From: Alphaproteobacteria bacterium
GTDB taxonomy: Bacteria > Pseudomonadota > Alphaproteobacteria > GCA-2731375
DNA: 64,000 bases
NCBI GenBank assembly: GCA_965232515.1
Contig: CBDDPY010000002.1
Span: forward strand, 5,920,001-5,984,000
Direction of reading: 5' to 3'
Both the position numbers and the translations under genes were made by a program. The notes below the pieces were generated by a model. It was given only the letters and a program-made list of their open reading frames with translations. It did not search any database and was not told the origin of the DNA. This document shows, piece by piece, positions 46,977 to 56,908 of the stretch (its first letter is position 1; each line of letters opens with the position of its first letter).

Positions 46977-47996
46977 CTAGTGACGCAGGGTGAGCTTCAT
47001 CATGTCGTAGCGGTCGGCCGAGCGGACATAGACGTCCAAGGTCTGGTCCTCGCGCAGCAGCGTCAGGCGCACGGTGACGCCGGGCGCCCCCAGCGACCAG
47101 ATCGCGCGCAGCATCTGGGCCAGCGTCTCGACCGGCTCGCCGTCGATCTCCATGACGATGTCGCCGACCCGGACGTCGGCCTTCTGGGCCGGGCCGCCGT
47201 TGGCGGTGCCGGCAATCACGAGGTTGTCGTCAATCTCGGTGGTGAACATGCCGAGCCAAGGATGCGGCGGCCGGTTGGCGCGGCCGAAGCTGAGCAGGTC
47301 GGAATAGATCGGCTTCAGCAGGTCGATGGGCACGAACATGTTGCCGTGGCTGATCTGGCCGCCGGGCACCGGGTCCTGCACGAACAGCGAGCCGATGCCG
47401 GCGAGCTTGCCTTCGGCGTCGATCAGCGCCGTGCCGCCCCAGTTCGGGTGCGGTGGCGCGGTGAAGATCGCCTCGTCCAGCATGTATTCCCAATAGCCCG
47501 CGAACTCGCGCTTCGAGACGACGCTGGCGGCAACGGACTGGCTGCGGCCGCCATGGCCGCCGACGACGACGGAATCGCCCTCGCTCAGCTTGGCCGAGCT
47601 GCCGAGGTCGATCGGCTCGATGTTGAGCGGCTCGTCGGCATGCACCATGCCGAAGCCTGTCTCGTAGTCGTAGGCGATGACCTCGGCCGTGGAAATCCGG
47701 TTGGTCTGGCTGGTCAGCGTGATCGTTTCGGCCTCGGCGATCAGATAACCGATGGTCAGCACCATGCCGTTATTGTCGATCAGAACGCCGTTGCCCTCGC
47801 GCTCGGTGCCCAGGATCGGCGCGGTGAAGGTGTCTTCCGGCACTTCCGAGCGCAGGCCGACGACGCTGCCGAGCGCCAGATCGAGATCGAAGTCGACCTC
47901 GTCCGGGTCCGGCTGAACCGCGGGCGTAATGTCCTGCGAGAACAGCGGCGACAGGCTGTGGAGGCGGTAGCCGTTGGCCTGCTTGATCTGATTCAT
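46977..47996 (-). CDS. HtrA/S1C-like trypsin fold plus PDZ, lacking canonical catalytic His/Ser
   Basis: GNGVLI..LTIGYLI in place of TNxH; PNWGG in place of GNSGG; PDZ GPAQKA..GDIV. Confidence 0.85.
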   Translation of the reverse strand: MNQIKQANGYRLHSLSPLFSQDITPAVQPDPDEVDFDLDLALGSVVGLRSEVPEDTFTAPILGTEREGNGVLIDNNGMVLTIGYLIAEAETITLTSQTNRISTAEVIAYDYETGFGMVHADEPLNIEPIDLGSSAKLSEGDSVVVGGHGGRSQSVAASVVSKREFAGYWEYMLDEAIFTAPPHPNWGGTALIDAEGKLAGIGSLFVQDPVPGGQISHGNMFVPIDLLKPIYSDLLSFGRANRPPHPWLGMFTTEIDDNLVIAGTANGGPAQKADVRVGDIVMEIDGEPVETLAQMLRAIWSLGAPGVTVRLTLLREDQTLDVYVRSADRYDMMKLTLRH

Positions 47997-48109
47997 GGCG
48001 GTGCCGCGCGCGCATACAAGCGCGTCCAAAGGTGCGAAGGGGTCAGGCTAGCGCGTCACACGGCTTGCCTGCAATTGCGAAGCGTCCGCCGGTCGTCCGG
48101 GCCGCCGGG

Positions 48110-48973
48110 TCAGCCGAAATCATAGAGCCGGGCCGGGTTGTCGACCAGGATCCGGCGCTGCAGGTCGGCGTCGCCGGTGACGTCGAGGAACCAGTCGAAC
48201 AGGTCGCCGTCGTCCGGCATCGGGCCCTTGACCTGGGGGTGCGGCCAGTCGGTGCCCCAGACCAGGCGGTCGGGCGCCGCCTCGATCAGCGCGCGGGCGA
48301 TCGGCGTCGCGGCGGCGAACGGCGCGCCGTTGAAGTCGATCCGATAGGCGCCCGACAGCTTGGCCCAGGCGCGGCCCGACCGCAGCAGGTCGATCAGCGC
48401 GGCAATGCCGGACTGATTGACGCCAGCATGGGCGTCCATTCCGCCCATATGGTCGATGACGACCTCGGTGGGCAGGTCGGCGAGGCGTGGCGCCAGCTCG
48501 GACAACCGGCGGCCGTTGACGTAAGTCTGGATATGCCAGCCGCGGGGCGCGACCCGCGCCGCCACGGTCTCGAGCTGGGTGTCCGGCACGCCGCCGGCCG
48601 ATTCGATGTTGAAACGGGTGCCGCGGAAGCCGGCGGCGTGCAGCCGGTCGAGCTCCGCGTCGGTCACGGTCTCGTCGAGCACGGCGACGCCGCGCGCCAC
48701 GTCGCCCAGGCGCTCGACCGCGTCCAGCGAACAGGCATTGTCGGTGCCATAGACGCTGGGCTGGACGATGACGGCGCGGGTGACGCCGAGCGCGTCCAGC
48801 ATGGCCCGGTAGCTCTCCAGCGACGCGTCCGGCGGCGTATAGCCGCGGGCGCCGCTGTAGGGAAACCTGTCGGCCGGACCGAAGACATGGAAATGGCAGT
48901 CGCAGGCGCCGTCGGGCGCCGTCGCTTTCGGCGGTTTCGTTCGCGCGTGCGGTCCCGGCACGGTGGCGGTCAT
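48110..48973 (-). CDS. Amidohydrolase_2 lactonase (LigI-like)
   Basis: DCHFH, QPSVYGTDN, IDHMG, KLSG, WGTDWPH. Confidence 0.92.
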   Translation of the reverse strand: MTATVPGPHARTKPPKATAPDGACDCHFHVFGPADRFPYSGARGYTPPDASLESYRAMLDALGVTRAVIVQPSVYGTDNACSLDAVERLGDVARGVAVLDETVTDAELDRLHAAGFRGTRFNIESAGGVPDTQLETVAARVAPRGWHIQTYVNGRRLSELAPRLADLPTEVVIDHMGGMDAHAGVNQSGIAALIDLLRSGRAWAKLSGAYRIDFNGAPFAAATPIARALIEAAPDRLVWGTDWPHPQVKGPMPDDGDLFDWFLDVTGDADLQRRILVDNPARLYDFG

Positions 48974-49063
48974 GGCGTCGGGTTCCTCGGGCTGTTCTTT
49001 TGACTTCGACAGGCGCTTGCATATAAGCAGTCCGTTGCCGTTGCCACAATCTCGTCGTCGGCC

Positions 49064-50008
49064 ATGAAAATTCTGCTGATCGCCGTCGCGGTCCCGATCC
49101 TCCTGTTGGGCGGTCTTTACCTCTGGAACCAGTCGCTGGCGCGGGACGCCGAGGCGCGGTTCCCGCCGCTCGGCGGCTTCGCCGAGGTCGAGGGCCTGCG
49201 CCTGCATTATCTCGAGGCCGGCGAAGGCCGGCCGGTGGTGCTGCTGCACGGCGCCAACGGAGCGCTTCAGGACTTCACGGCGACCGTGTTCGACCGGTTG
49301 GCCGAGCGCTACCGCGTCATCGCCGTCGACCGGCCGGGGCACGGCTACAGCGAACGGCCGGCGGACGAGGTGGCGACGCCGGCGGTGCAGGCGCGGCTGG
49401 TGCGCGGCGTGCTGCAAGAGCTCAACGTCGAGCGGCCGCTGCTGGTCGGCTTCTCCTGGAGCGGCTCGCTGGTGCTGAGCTATGCGCTCGCGCATCAGGA
49501 CGAGGTCGCGGGCGTCGTCATGCTGGCCGGCGCCGCCTACGAGTGGCCGTCGCCGATCGACGCGAAATGGCGCATGCCGACCTGGCCGGTGGTGGGCGAC
49601 CTGTTCGTCAACACGCTGTCGCTGGTGCTGGGCCTGCGCGTTGCCGACACCGGCGTCGCGGCGGCCTTCGCGCCCGAGGCGGTGAGCCCCAGCTATGCCG
49701 ATGCGCCGCTGCCGCTGGCGCTCAGGCCGGCGAGCTTTTATGCCAATGCCGAGGACGTGCGGACCATGAAGCCGGTGTTGCGCGAACAGAGCAAACGTTA
49801 CGCGGAGCTGACGCTGCCGATCGTGATCCTGGTCGGCGACGGCGATACCGTGGTCAGCCCGTCGATCCATTCGCAACAGCTGCACGCGGCGGCGCCGAAC
49901 AGCGAGCTGACCGTGCTGCCGGGCGCCGGCCACCTGTTGCCCTATACGCGGCCCGACGCGGTGATCGACGCCATCGACCGGGCCATAATGAAAACCGCAA
50001 TGCCATAA
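49064..50008 (+). CDS. Alpha/beta hydrolase with N-terminal anchor
   Basis: LLHGA, DRPGHGYS, GFSWSG, D and GH triad positions. Confidence 0.92.
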   Translation: MKILLIAVAVPILLLGGLYLWNQSLARDAEARFPPLGGFAEVEGLRLHYLEAGEGRPVVLLHGANGALQDFTATVFDRLAERYRVIAVDRPGHGYSERPADEVATPAVQARLVRGVLQELNVERPLLVGFSWSGSLVLSYALAHQDEVAGVVMLAGAAYEWPSPIDAKWRMPTWPVVGDLFVNTLSLVLGLRVADTGVAAAFAPEAVSPSYADAPLPLALRPASFYANAEDVRTMKPVLREQSKRYAELTLPIVILVGDGDTVVSPSIHSQQLHAAAPNSELTVLPGAGHLLPYTRPDAVIDAIDRAIMKTAMP

Positions 50009-50029
50009 CGCCATGACGTGGGAGGAACG

Positions 50030-51034
50030 ATGCGTATTCTTGTTGTCGATAAGACCTTTACGGACGACCTGTTGATCGAGCGCGAGGTCGCCGCGCCTGA
50101 CGGCGAGGTCATCTATCACCCCGATCACGAGGCGATCCCCGAGGCCGACTGGCGGTCGGCCGACGGCGTCATCACCTTCCGGCTGCCGCCCTATGTCGAT
50201 TCCAAGTCCGCGTGGCTGGACAAGTGCCGGATCATCGTGCGCGGTGGCGTCGGCTTCGACGGGTTAAGCCTGGAACCGCTGGGCGCGCGGGGCATCGCCG
50301 TCTGCAACGTGCCGGATTACGGCACGACCGAGGTCGCCGATCACGCCATCGGCCTGCTGCTGGCGCTGCGCCGCGGCATCGCCACCTATCACGACGCGCT
50401 CCGGGCCGATCCGGTGGCGGGCTGGACGCATCTCGGCCCGCCCTGCCTTGACCGGCTGCGCGGCCGGCGCTTCGGCATTATCGGCCTCGGCCGCATCGGC
50501 ACGGCGGCGGCGCGCCGAGCCCAGGCCTTCGACATGGCGGTGTCGTTCTACGATCCCGTGCTGCCGGACGGCGTGGATCTGGCCACCGGCTATACGCGGG
50601 TGAATTCGGTCGCCGAGCTGTTCGCGAGCTGCGATGCCGTCAGCCTGCACACGCCCTTGAACGACTCGACGCGGCATATCGTCGATGCGGCCGCGCTGGC
50701 CGAGGCCAAGGAGGGCCTGGTGCTGATCAACACCGCGCGCGGGCCGACCGTCGACATCGACGCGCTCTACGACGCCCTGCGCGACAACCGGGTTGCCGGC
50801 GCCGCCATCGACGTGCTGCCGCAGGAGCCGCCGGCGCCGGACCATCCGTTGATCAAGGCCTATACCGAGCGCGCGGACTGGCTCGCCGGCCGCCTGATCC
50901 TGACGCCGCATGCCGCCTTCTACAGCGAGCCCGGCGTCGCCGACCTGCGCCGCAAGGCGATCTCGACGGTGATGGCCCGCCTGCGCGGCGATGGCCTGCG
51001 CAACTGTGTCAACGCGCGGTACCTGGCGGAATAG
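50030..51034 (+). CDS. CtBP-like 2-hydroxyacid dehydrogenase
   Basis: NVPDYGTTEVADH, GLGRIG, TPHAAFYS. Confidence 0.92.
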   Translation: MRILVVDKTFTDDLLIEREVAAPDGEVIYHPDHEAIPEADWRSADGVITFRLPPYVDSKSAWLDKCRIIVRGGVGFDGLSLEPLGARGIAVCNVPDYGTTEVADHAIGLLLALRRGIATYHDALRADPVAGWTHLGPPCLDRLRGRRFGIIGLGRIGTAAARRAQAFDMAVSFYDPVLPDGVDLATGYTRVNSVAELFASCDAVSLHTPLNDSTRHIVDAAALAEAKEGLVLINTARGPTVDIDALYDALRDNRVAGAAIDVLPQEPPAPDHPLIKAYTERADWLAGRLILTPHAAFYSEPGVADLRRKAISTVMARLRGDGLRNCVNARYLAE

Positions 51035-51067
51035 GCGACGGATCGGGCCGAGGGGAGGCGGCGGGGC

Positions 51068-52273
51068 ATGCAGGACTTCGATCAGGACGCCGCGTGCCCG
51101 CTCGACGGGTTGCGGGTGCTCGATCTGAGCCGGGTCGTGGCCGGCAATGCGCTGACGGCGCTGCTGGCCGATTTCGGGGCCGAAGTGATCAAGGTCGAAA
51201 CGCCGGGGCGCGGCGACGATCTGCGCAACTGGCGGGTGAACGGCGTGTCGACCTATTGGAAGGTCTATGGCCGCAACAAGAAGAGCCTGACGCTGAACCT
51301 GCGCGAAGAGGCCGGGCGGGCGCTGCTGTTGCGGCTGGTGGAGACGGCGGACGCGCTGGTCGAGAACTTCCGGCCGGGGCGGCTGGAGGAAATGGGGCTG
51401 GGGCCGGACCGGCTGCTGGAAGCGAACCCGAAACTGATCGTCGTGCGTGTCACCGGCTGGGGCCAGGACGGGCCGTTCCAACACAAGCCGGGTTTCGGCT
51501 CGCTGGTCGAAGCGATGTCGGGCTTCGCGGCCATGAACGGGTTCGAGGACCGGCCGCCGGTGCTGCCGCCGCTCGCCATGGCCGACATGATCGCCGGGCT
51601 TTATGGCGCATCGGCGGCGCTGGTGGCGCTGCGCAATGTCGAAGTAAAGGGCGGCCGGGGGCAGGTCATCGACCTGCCGCTGTTCGATCCAATCTTTTCG
51701 ATCCTCGGGCCGATGGCGGCGAACTACAAGCTGTCTGGCGTGGTCAATCCACGCGTCGGCAGCCGCTCGAACACGACGGCGCCGCGCAACGTCTACGCCA
51801 CCAACGACGGCGGCTGGGCGGCGCTGTCGGCCTCGACTCAGGGCATGTTCGAACGGTTGCTGCGGGCCATCGGCCGGCCGGATGTGATCGACGATCCGCG
51901 CTTCAAGACCAACGCCGACCGGGTGAAGAACGTCGAAGCGCTGGACGAGATCGTCGGTGGCTGGATCGGCGCGCGCACGCTCGACGAAAACCTCGCCTTC
52001 TTCGAGGATGCGGGCGTCACCGTCGGGCCGGTCTGCGACATCGCCGATCTGGTCGATCATCCCTATCTGAGCGAACGTGGCATCCTGGTCGAGCTGCCGG
52101 ACGACGAGATGGGTTCGGTGCCGATGCATACGGTGGTGCCGCGCCTCTCCGACACCCCCGGCGCCATCCGCCGGCCCGCGCCGACGCTGGGGGAGCATAC
52201 GGCGGAGATCCTGGCGGAGCTGGACGTCGAGGCCGATGAGATTACTCGGCTCGGCAAAGAGGGTGTGGTGTGA
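51068..52273 (+). CDS. Family III CoA transferase (CaiB/BaiF)
   Basis: ADFGAEVIKVE, RNKKS, ENFRPG, catalytic D in LAMADM. Confidence 0.94.
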   Translation: MQDFDQDAACPLDGLRVLDLSRVVAGNALTALLADFGAEVIKVETPGRGDDLRNWRVNGVSTYWKVYGRNKKSLTLNLREEAGRALLLRLVETADALVENFRPGRLEEMGLGPDRLLEANPKLIVVRVTGWGQDGPFQHKPGFGSLVEAMSGFAAMNGFEDRPPVLPPLAMADMIAGLYGASAALVALRNVEVKGGRGQVIDLPLFDPIFSILGPMAANYKLSGVVNPRVGSRSNTTAPRNVYATNDGGWAALSASTQGMFERLLRAIGRPDVIDDPRFKTNADRVKNVEALDEIVGGWIGARTLDENLAFFEDAGVTVGPVCDIADLVDHPYLSERGILVELPDDEMGSVPMHTVVPRLSDTPGAIRRPAPTLGEHTAEILAELDVEADEITRLGKEGVV

Positions 52274-52292
52274 TGTGGGCGGCGACCGTCGA

Positions 52293-52382
52293 CTGGATCA
52301 CCGGGTCAAGCCCGGTGATGACGTTTTTGAGTTTGAATATTCGCAATTGCTCGTCATTGCCGGGCGTGACCCGGCAATCCAG
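52293..52382. repeat. REP doublet, CTGGAT family, copy 2
   Basis: Inverted hairpin pair. Confidence 0.9.
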
Positions 52383-52409
52383 GGACCCAAGCATGGACAG
52401 GGGCTTGAA

Positions 52410-53315
52410 ATGACCGAAGCGACGTCGTTGCCGATGTGGCGCTCGATGTTGTTCGTGCCGGCGAATGTCGAACGGTTCGTGGACAAGGCGCATACGCGCG
52501 GCGCGGATGCGATCATTCTCGATCTCGAGGACAGCATCATGCCGGCGGAGAAGGCCGAGGCGCGGGCCTGCGTGACGGAGGCCGCCGCCAAGGTCAGCCG
52601 CGGCGGGGCCGATGTGCTGGTGCGCATCAACCGGCCCTGGCGCTTGGCGCTTGCCGATCTGGAAGCGGTGATCTCGCCGGCGATCAGCGCGGTGATCCTG
52701 CCGAAGGTGCCCGACGCCGGCCACATCCGCGCCATCGCCGAGATCGTCGACGAACTGGAGGCCGAGCGCGGCATGCGGAACGGGCATACCCGCTTCGATG
52801 CGCTGCTGGAGACGCCGGAGGCGATCTTCCGGGCGCGCGAGATCGCCGGCGCGCAACCGCGCCTCGTCGCCATGAACACGGGCTCGGAGGACCTCGCGAC
52901 CGAGATGCGCATGCCGCCGGAACCCGACGGGCTGTTCCAACCCTCGATGCGGGTGGCGCTGGCGGCGCGGGCGGCCGGCATCCTGCCGCTCGGCTTCATC
53001 GGCACGCTCGCAGATTTCACCGATCTCGACGGCTTTCGGGCGCTGGTGCGGCGGGCGCGCAAGCTCGGCTTCGAGGGCGCGTCGTGCATCCATCCAGCCC
53101 AGGTACCGATCCTGAACGAGGAATTCGCGCCGACGGCGGACGAGGTCGATTACGCCCGGCGGGTGATCGCGGCGGCGGACGACGCGGCCGGGGCGGGGCG
53201 CGGGTCGGCCACGGTCGACGGCAAGATGATCGACATTCCCATCGTCGACCGGGCGCGGCTGACGCTGGCGCGGTGGGAAAGGATCGAGGGGAAGGCGAAC
53301 GCAGCCGGTTCTTGA
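52410..53315 (+). CDS. CitE/malyl-CoA lyase-like CoA ester lyase
   Basis: RSMLFVP, DLEDS, VRIN, PK, ET, IHPAQV, GKMID. Confidence 0.93.
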   Translation: MTEATSLPMWRSMLFVPANVERFVDKAHTRGADAIILDLEDSIMPAEKAEARACVTEAAAKVSRGGADVLVRINRPWRLALADLEAVISPAISAVILPKVPDAGHIRAIAEIVDELEAERGMRNGHTRFDALLETPEAIFRAREIAGAQPRLVAMNTGSEDLATEMRMPPEPDGLFQPSMRVALAARAAGILPLGFIGTLADFTDLDGFRALVRRARKLGFEGASCIHPAQVPILNEEFAPTADEVDYARRVIAAADDAAGAGRGSATVDGKMIDIPIVDRARLTLARWERIEGKANAAGS

Positions 53316-53332
53316 GACGCATGCGTCGGCGC

Positions 53333-53430
53333 CTTCGAGACGCGCCCTGGCGGGCGCTCCTCAGGCTGAGGGTGTTGGACTTCTATGGACGGCCTCACGC
53401 TGAGGAGGCCGCGGAGCGGCCGTCTCGAAG
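53333..53430. repeat. REP doublet, CTTCGAGACG family, copy 2
   Basis: Homologous to 18334-18434. Confidence 0.85.
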
Positions 53431-53443
53431 CGCGCAACACGTC

Positions 53444-54484
53444 CTAATCCGGCGCCAGCATCACCTTGCATTGCGTCGTCGGGGTCTTCAGGGCTTCGAA
53501 GGCCTGGGGAAAATCGTCGAAGCCGACGGTGTCGGTGACCATGGCGGACGGGTCGATGCGGCCCTGGGCCAGCATGTCGATGGCAAACGCGAAGTCCTGC
53601 TTCAGGTACATGAAGACGTAGTTGACCTGCAGCTCCTTGGTGATGGCCTTCACCGGCAGGATGCGGTCGGGCTGCATGCAGACGCCGGCGACGACGACGC
53701 GGCCGCCGGCGGGCGCCGCGTCCATGGCGAGCTGCTGGCTGCCGGGCACGCCGACGGCGTCGAACACGACGTCGGGCCGGGCGCCGGCGATCTGCTTGAA
53801 GCGGCCGATCGCGTTTTCCTTGGTGGCGTCGATGCCGTCGGTGGCGCCGAATTTGGCGGCGCGGGCGACGCGGTCGGCGACGAGGTCGCTGACGATCACA
53901 TGGCGGGCGCCGAAGAAGCGGCACCATAGCGCGATGGCGAGGCCGATCGGGCCGGCGCCGATGACCAGCACGGTGTCGCCCGGCCGCAGGGCGGCCTTGT
54001 TGACGGCGTGCAGGCCGACGGCGAGCGGCTCGACCATGGCGCCGGCGCTGTCGTCGACGGCGTCGGGCAGGCGCAGGGCTTCGAAGGCGCCGACGCGGAC
54101 ATATTCGGCATAGGCGCCCGCAAGCTTGCCGAGGCCCATATAGGTCGAGCTGGCGCACCAGCGGCCATTGCCGGCGAGACATTGGGCGCAGGCGCCGCAG
54201 GCGATGTAGGGAAGTGCGCAGGCCCGTGTGCCGGTGCGCCAGTCGGCCGCCACGTCACGGCCGGCCTCGACCACCTCGCCCGCGAATTCGTGACCCATCA
54301 CGGCGCCCGCTGGCAGCGGCGACATGCCGCCGCTGTTGTCGCAGATTTCCGTCATGTGCAGATCAGAGCCGCAGATGCCGCAGGCCGTCACCTTCAGGAT
54401 CAGGTCCGATGGCCCCGGTTCGGGCACGGCCACGTCCTCAATGGCGAGCGGCTCGCCGATGGCCTTGAACACCGCCGCTTTCAT
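53444..54484 (-). CDS. Zinc-dependent alcohol dehydrogenase (MDR)
   Basis: GICGSD, GHE, CxxCxxC-7-C, GAGPIG. Confidence 0.94.
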   Translation of the reverse strand: MKAAVFKAIGEPLAIEDVAVPEPGPSDLILKVTACGICGSDLHMTEICDNSGGMSPLPAGAVMGHEFAGEVVEAGRDVAADWRTGTRACALPYIACGACAQCLAGNGRWCASSTYMGLGKLAGAYAEYVRVGAFEALRLPDAVDDSAGAMVEPLAVGLHAVNKAALRPGDTVLVIGAGPIGLAIALWCRFFGARHVIVSDLVADRVARAAKFGATDGIDATKENAIGRFKQIAGARPDVVFDAVGVPGSQQLAMDAAPAGGRVVVAGVCMQPDRILPVKAITKELQVNYVFMYLKQDFAFAIDMLAQGRIDPSAMVTDTVGFDDFPQAFEALKTPTTQCKVMLAPD

Positions 54485-54485
54485 G

Positions 54486-55370
54486 TCAGCCGGTCTCCAT
54501 CGGCAGGCTGTCGTCGCGGGCCCATTCGCTGAGCGAGGCGTCGTAGAGCGAGACCTTGTCGTAGCCCAACAGCGTCAGCACGAAGGTGTCGTTGCTGGCC
54601 GCGATGCCGCCGCCGCAATAGGCCACGACCTCGCGGTCGCGGCTGACGCCGGCGGCGTCGAACAGCGCCTGCAGCTCGGCCGGCGACCGGTAGGCGTTGG
54701 TCTCGGGGTCGGTGAGCGACCGGCCGGGCACGTTAACGCTGCCGGCGATGCGGCCGGGGCGGCCGTAATGGCGGCCGCTGCTGCCGTCGTGCTGCTCGGC
54801 CGTGAGCGCGTTGAGCACGCAGGCGCCGCCGTCACCGACGGCGGCTAAGACCTTGTCCTTTTCGGCAAAAAGCTCCGGCCGCGGATCGGCCGTGAACGTT
54901 GCCGGCGGATAGGCGGGCGGCTCGGTGGACACACGCCGGCCCTCGGCCTGCCACTTCTCCCAGCCGCCGTTCAGGATGGCGGCGTTGTCGAAGCCCATGG
55001 CGCGCAGCATCCACCAGACGCGGGTCGCCCATTGAATGCTGCCGGCGCTGTAGAGCACGACGCGCGTGCCGTCGCCGACGCCGAAGTGGGACATGGCGGC
55101 GGCGAACTGCTCGGCCGGCGGCATCATGAAGCGCAGCTTGGTTGATTGATCCGACAGCTCGCCCTGCAGGTCGATGAAACCGGCGCCGGGGATGTGCGCT
55201 TTCTCCCAGTCGGCGCGGCCGCTTTCGATGCGGTAGACCGCCTTGGGATCGGGCAGCAGGTAGGTCGTGCAGTCGAAGATGCGCAGGTCAGGGTCGGCGA
55301 GATGCGCTTCCAGCCAGTCGGTCTCGACCAGGTATTGCGGCTTCTGGAATCCGGTGGCGGCGTCGGTCAT
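54486..55370 (-). CDS. Tandem-rhodanese sulfurtransferase (SseA-like)
   Basis: HIPGA, RVWW, active loop YCGGGIAA, YDASLSEW. Confidence 0.93.
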   Translation of the reverse strand: MTDAATGFQKPQYLVETDWLEAHLADPDLRIFDCTTYLLPDPKAVYRIESGRADWEKAHIPGAGFIDLQGELSDQSTKLRFMMPPAEQFAAAMSHFGVGDGTRVVLYSAGSIQWATRVWWMLRAMGFDNAAILNGGWEKWQAEGRRVSTEPPAYPPATFTADPRPELFAEKDKVLAAVGDGGACVLNALTAEQHDGSSGRHYGRPGRIAGSVNVPGRSLTDPETNAYRSPAELQALFDAAGVSRDREVVAYCGGGIAASNDTFVLTLLGYDKVSLYDASLSEWARDDSLPMETG

Positions 55371-55481
55371 GCGGCGTTTCCTTTTGCGTTCGGAATTCGG
55401 CTGTCGCGGTCAGTCTACATGCTCTAGCCTGCGGACAGAAAAGCCGGTTGGCTGCTCTTCTGCGATTGCCTTCCGTGTTGT

Positions 55482-55569
55482 CTGGATTGCCGGGTCGAGC
55501 CCGGCAATGACGAGATTTGGCGAACGCGCACCCCATTTCGTCATGCCCGCGCTTGACGCGGGCATCCAG
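55482..55569. repeat. REP doublet, CTGGAT family, copy 3
   Basis: Inverted hairpin pair. Confidence 0.9.
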
Positions 55570-55627
55570 GGACGTCGAGGGTAGGCCTTCCCAAACTGCG
55601 CTCTGCTTCAACCGTCTGCCCGTCTGC

Positions 55628-56884
55628 ATGTCCAGCGTTACATCCGAGAGCCTCGAGCCGTCGCGACCCGGCCGTACCGCCTTGCTGCTGCTGGCGGTGT
55701 GCTTTGTCCTGAACATGGCGGTGCGCGGGGTGCAGGAGGTCTTTCCCGTGTTCCTGCTGCCGATCAGTGCGGCGTTCGGGGCGGGGCGGGCCGAGACCAC
55801 GAGCGTGATCGCGGTGTCGTTCCTGGTGCTTGGGCTGTCGGGGCCGGTGATCGGCTGGCTGTTCGACCGCTGGGGGCCGTTCTGGCTGTTCCTGCTCGGC
55901 CTGTTGCTGACGACGGCGGCGGCGGTGCTGGCCTCACAGGCGACGGCGTTGTGGCAGCTGCACATTACGCTCGGTGCCATGATCGGCTTCGGCGTCGGCT
56001 GCGTCGGCTTCGTGCCGATCGCGGCGCTGCTGAGCAAATGGTTCCGGGCTCGGCTGTCGTCGGCGCTGGCGACGGCGCATTCGGCGAATGGCATCGGCCT
56101 GTTGTGGATGTCGCCGTTGGCGCAGTTGCTGATCGACTGGCAAGGCTGGCGCACCGCCTATCTGACGCTCGGGCTGTCGCTGTTGGCCCTGCTGCCGGTG
56201 TTGTTTCTGTTGAACTGGACCTGGGTGCGGCGCGGTCATCCGGACTATCGCGCGGCGGGATCGACCGCTGAGACGGATGCGCCGCCGGTCGCGGATGCGC
56301 CGACGCTGCGAGACGCCTTGCGCCACCCCGCCTTCTGGTGCATCGGCTGGGCGTTCCTGTTCACCAGCATCGGCATGTACATGATCAGCGTGCAGACGCC
56401 CGCCTATCTCGTGCATGTCGGCTACAGCCGGCAGGACGCGGCCGAGGCCTTCGGGCTGGTCGGGCTGCTGCTGCCGGTGGGGCTGATCGGCTTCGGCTGG
56501 CTCGCCGACCGCGTGGGCCGCAGCCGCACCATCCGACTCACGTACCTGTTGTCGCTCTGCGGCCTGACCTGCCTAATGCTGCTGTCAGAGGGGCCGGCAT
56601 TGTGGCTATTGGCGCTGTTCATCCTGCTCTACGGCGGCACCTTCGGGGCGCGCGGGCCGATCGTCTCGACCATCGCCGCGGTGAACTTCCGCGGGCCGGA
56701 CTTCGGCCGCATATTCGGCACCATCACCATGGGCATGGGCTTCGGCGTCGCCATCGGCGCCTGGGCCAGCGGATTTCTCTATGATCTGACCGGGGATTAC
56801 CGGATCATCATCGCCGCCGCCATGGCGGCGCTCGTGCTGGCGGCGTCGGTTTTCGTGTTCGTGCGCCCCATGGCCCGGGCTTAG
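55628..56884 (+). CDS. MFS transporter (monocarboxylate/OFA-like)
   Basis: 12 TM segments, GWLFDRWG, GWLADRVG. Confidence 0.92.
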   Translation: MSSVTSESLEPSRPGRTALLLLAVCFVLNMAVRGVQEVFPVFLLPISAAFGAGRAETTSVIAVSFLVLGLSGPVIGWLFDRWGPFWLFLLGLLLTTAAAVLASQATALWQLHITLGAMIGFGVGCVGFVPIAALLSKWFRARLSSALATAHSANGIGLLWMSPLAQLLIDWQGWRTAYLTLGLSLLALLPVLFLLNWTWVRRGHPDYRAAGSTAETDAPPVADAPTLRDALRHPAFWCIGWAFLFTSIGMYMISVQTPAYLVHVGYSRQDAAEAFGLVGLLLPVGLIGFGWLADRVGRSRTIRLTYLLSLCGLTCLMLLSEGPALWLLALFILLYGGTFGARGPIVSTIAAVNFRGPDFGRIFGTITMGMGFGVAIGAWASGFLYDLTGDYRIIIAAAMAALVLAASVFVFVRPMARA

Positions 56885-56908
56885 GCGTGATTAAGAGACG
56901 AGGGGCGC

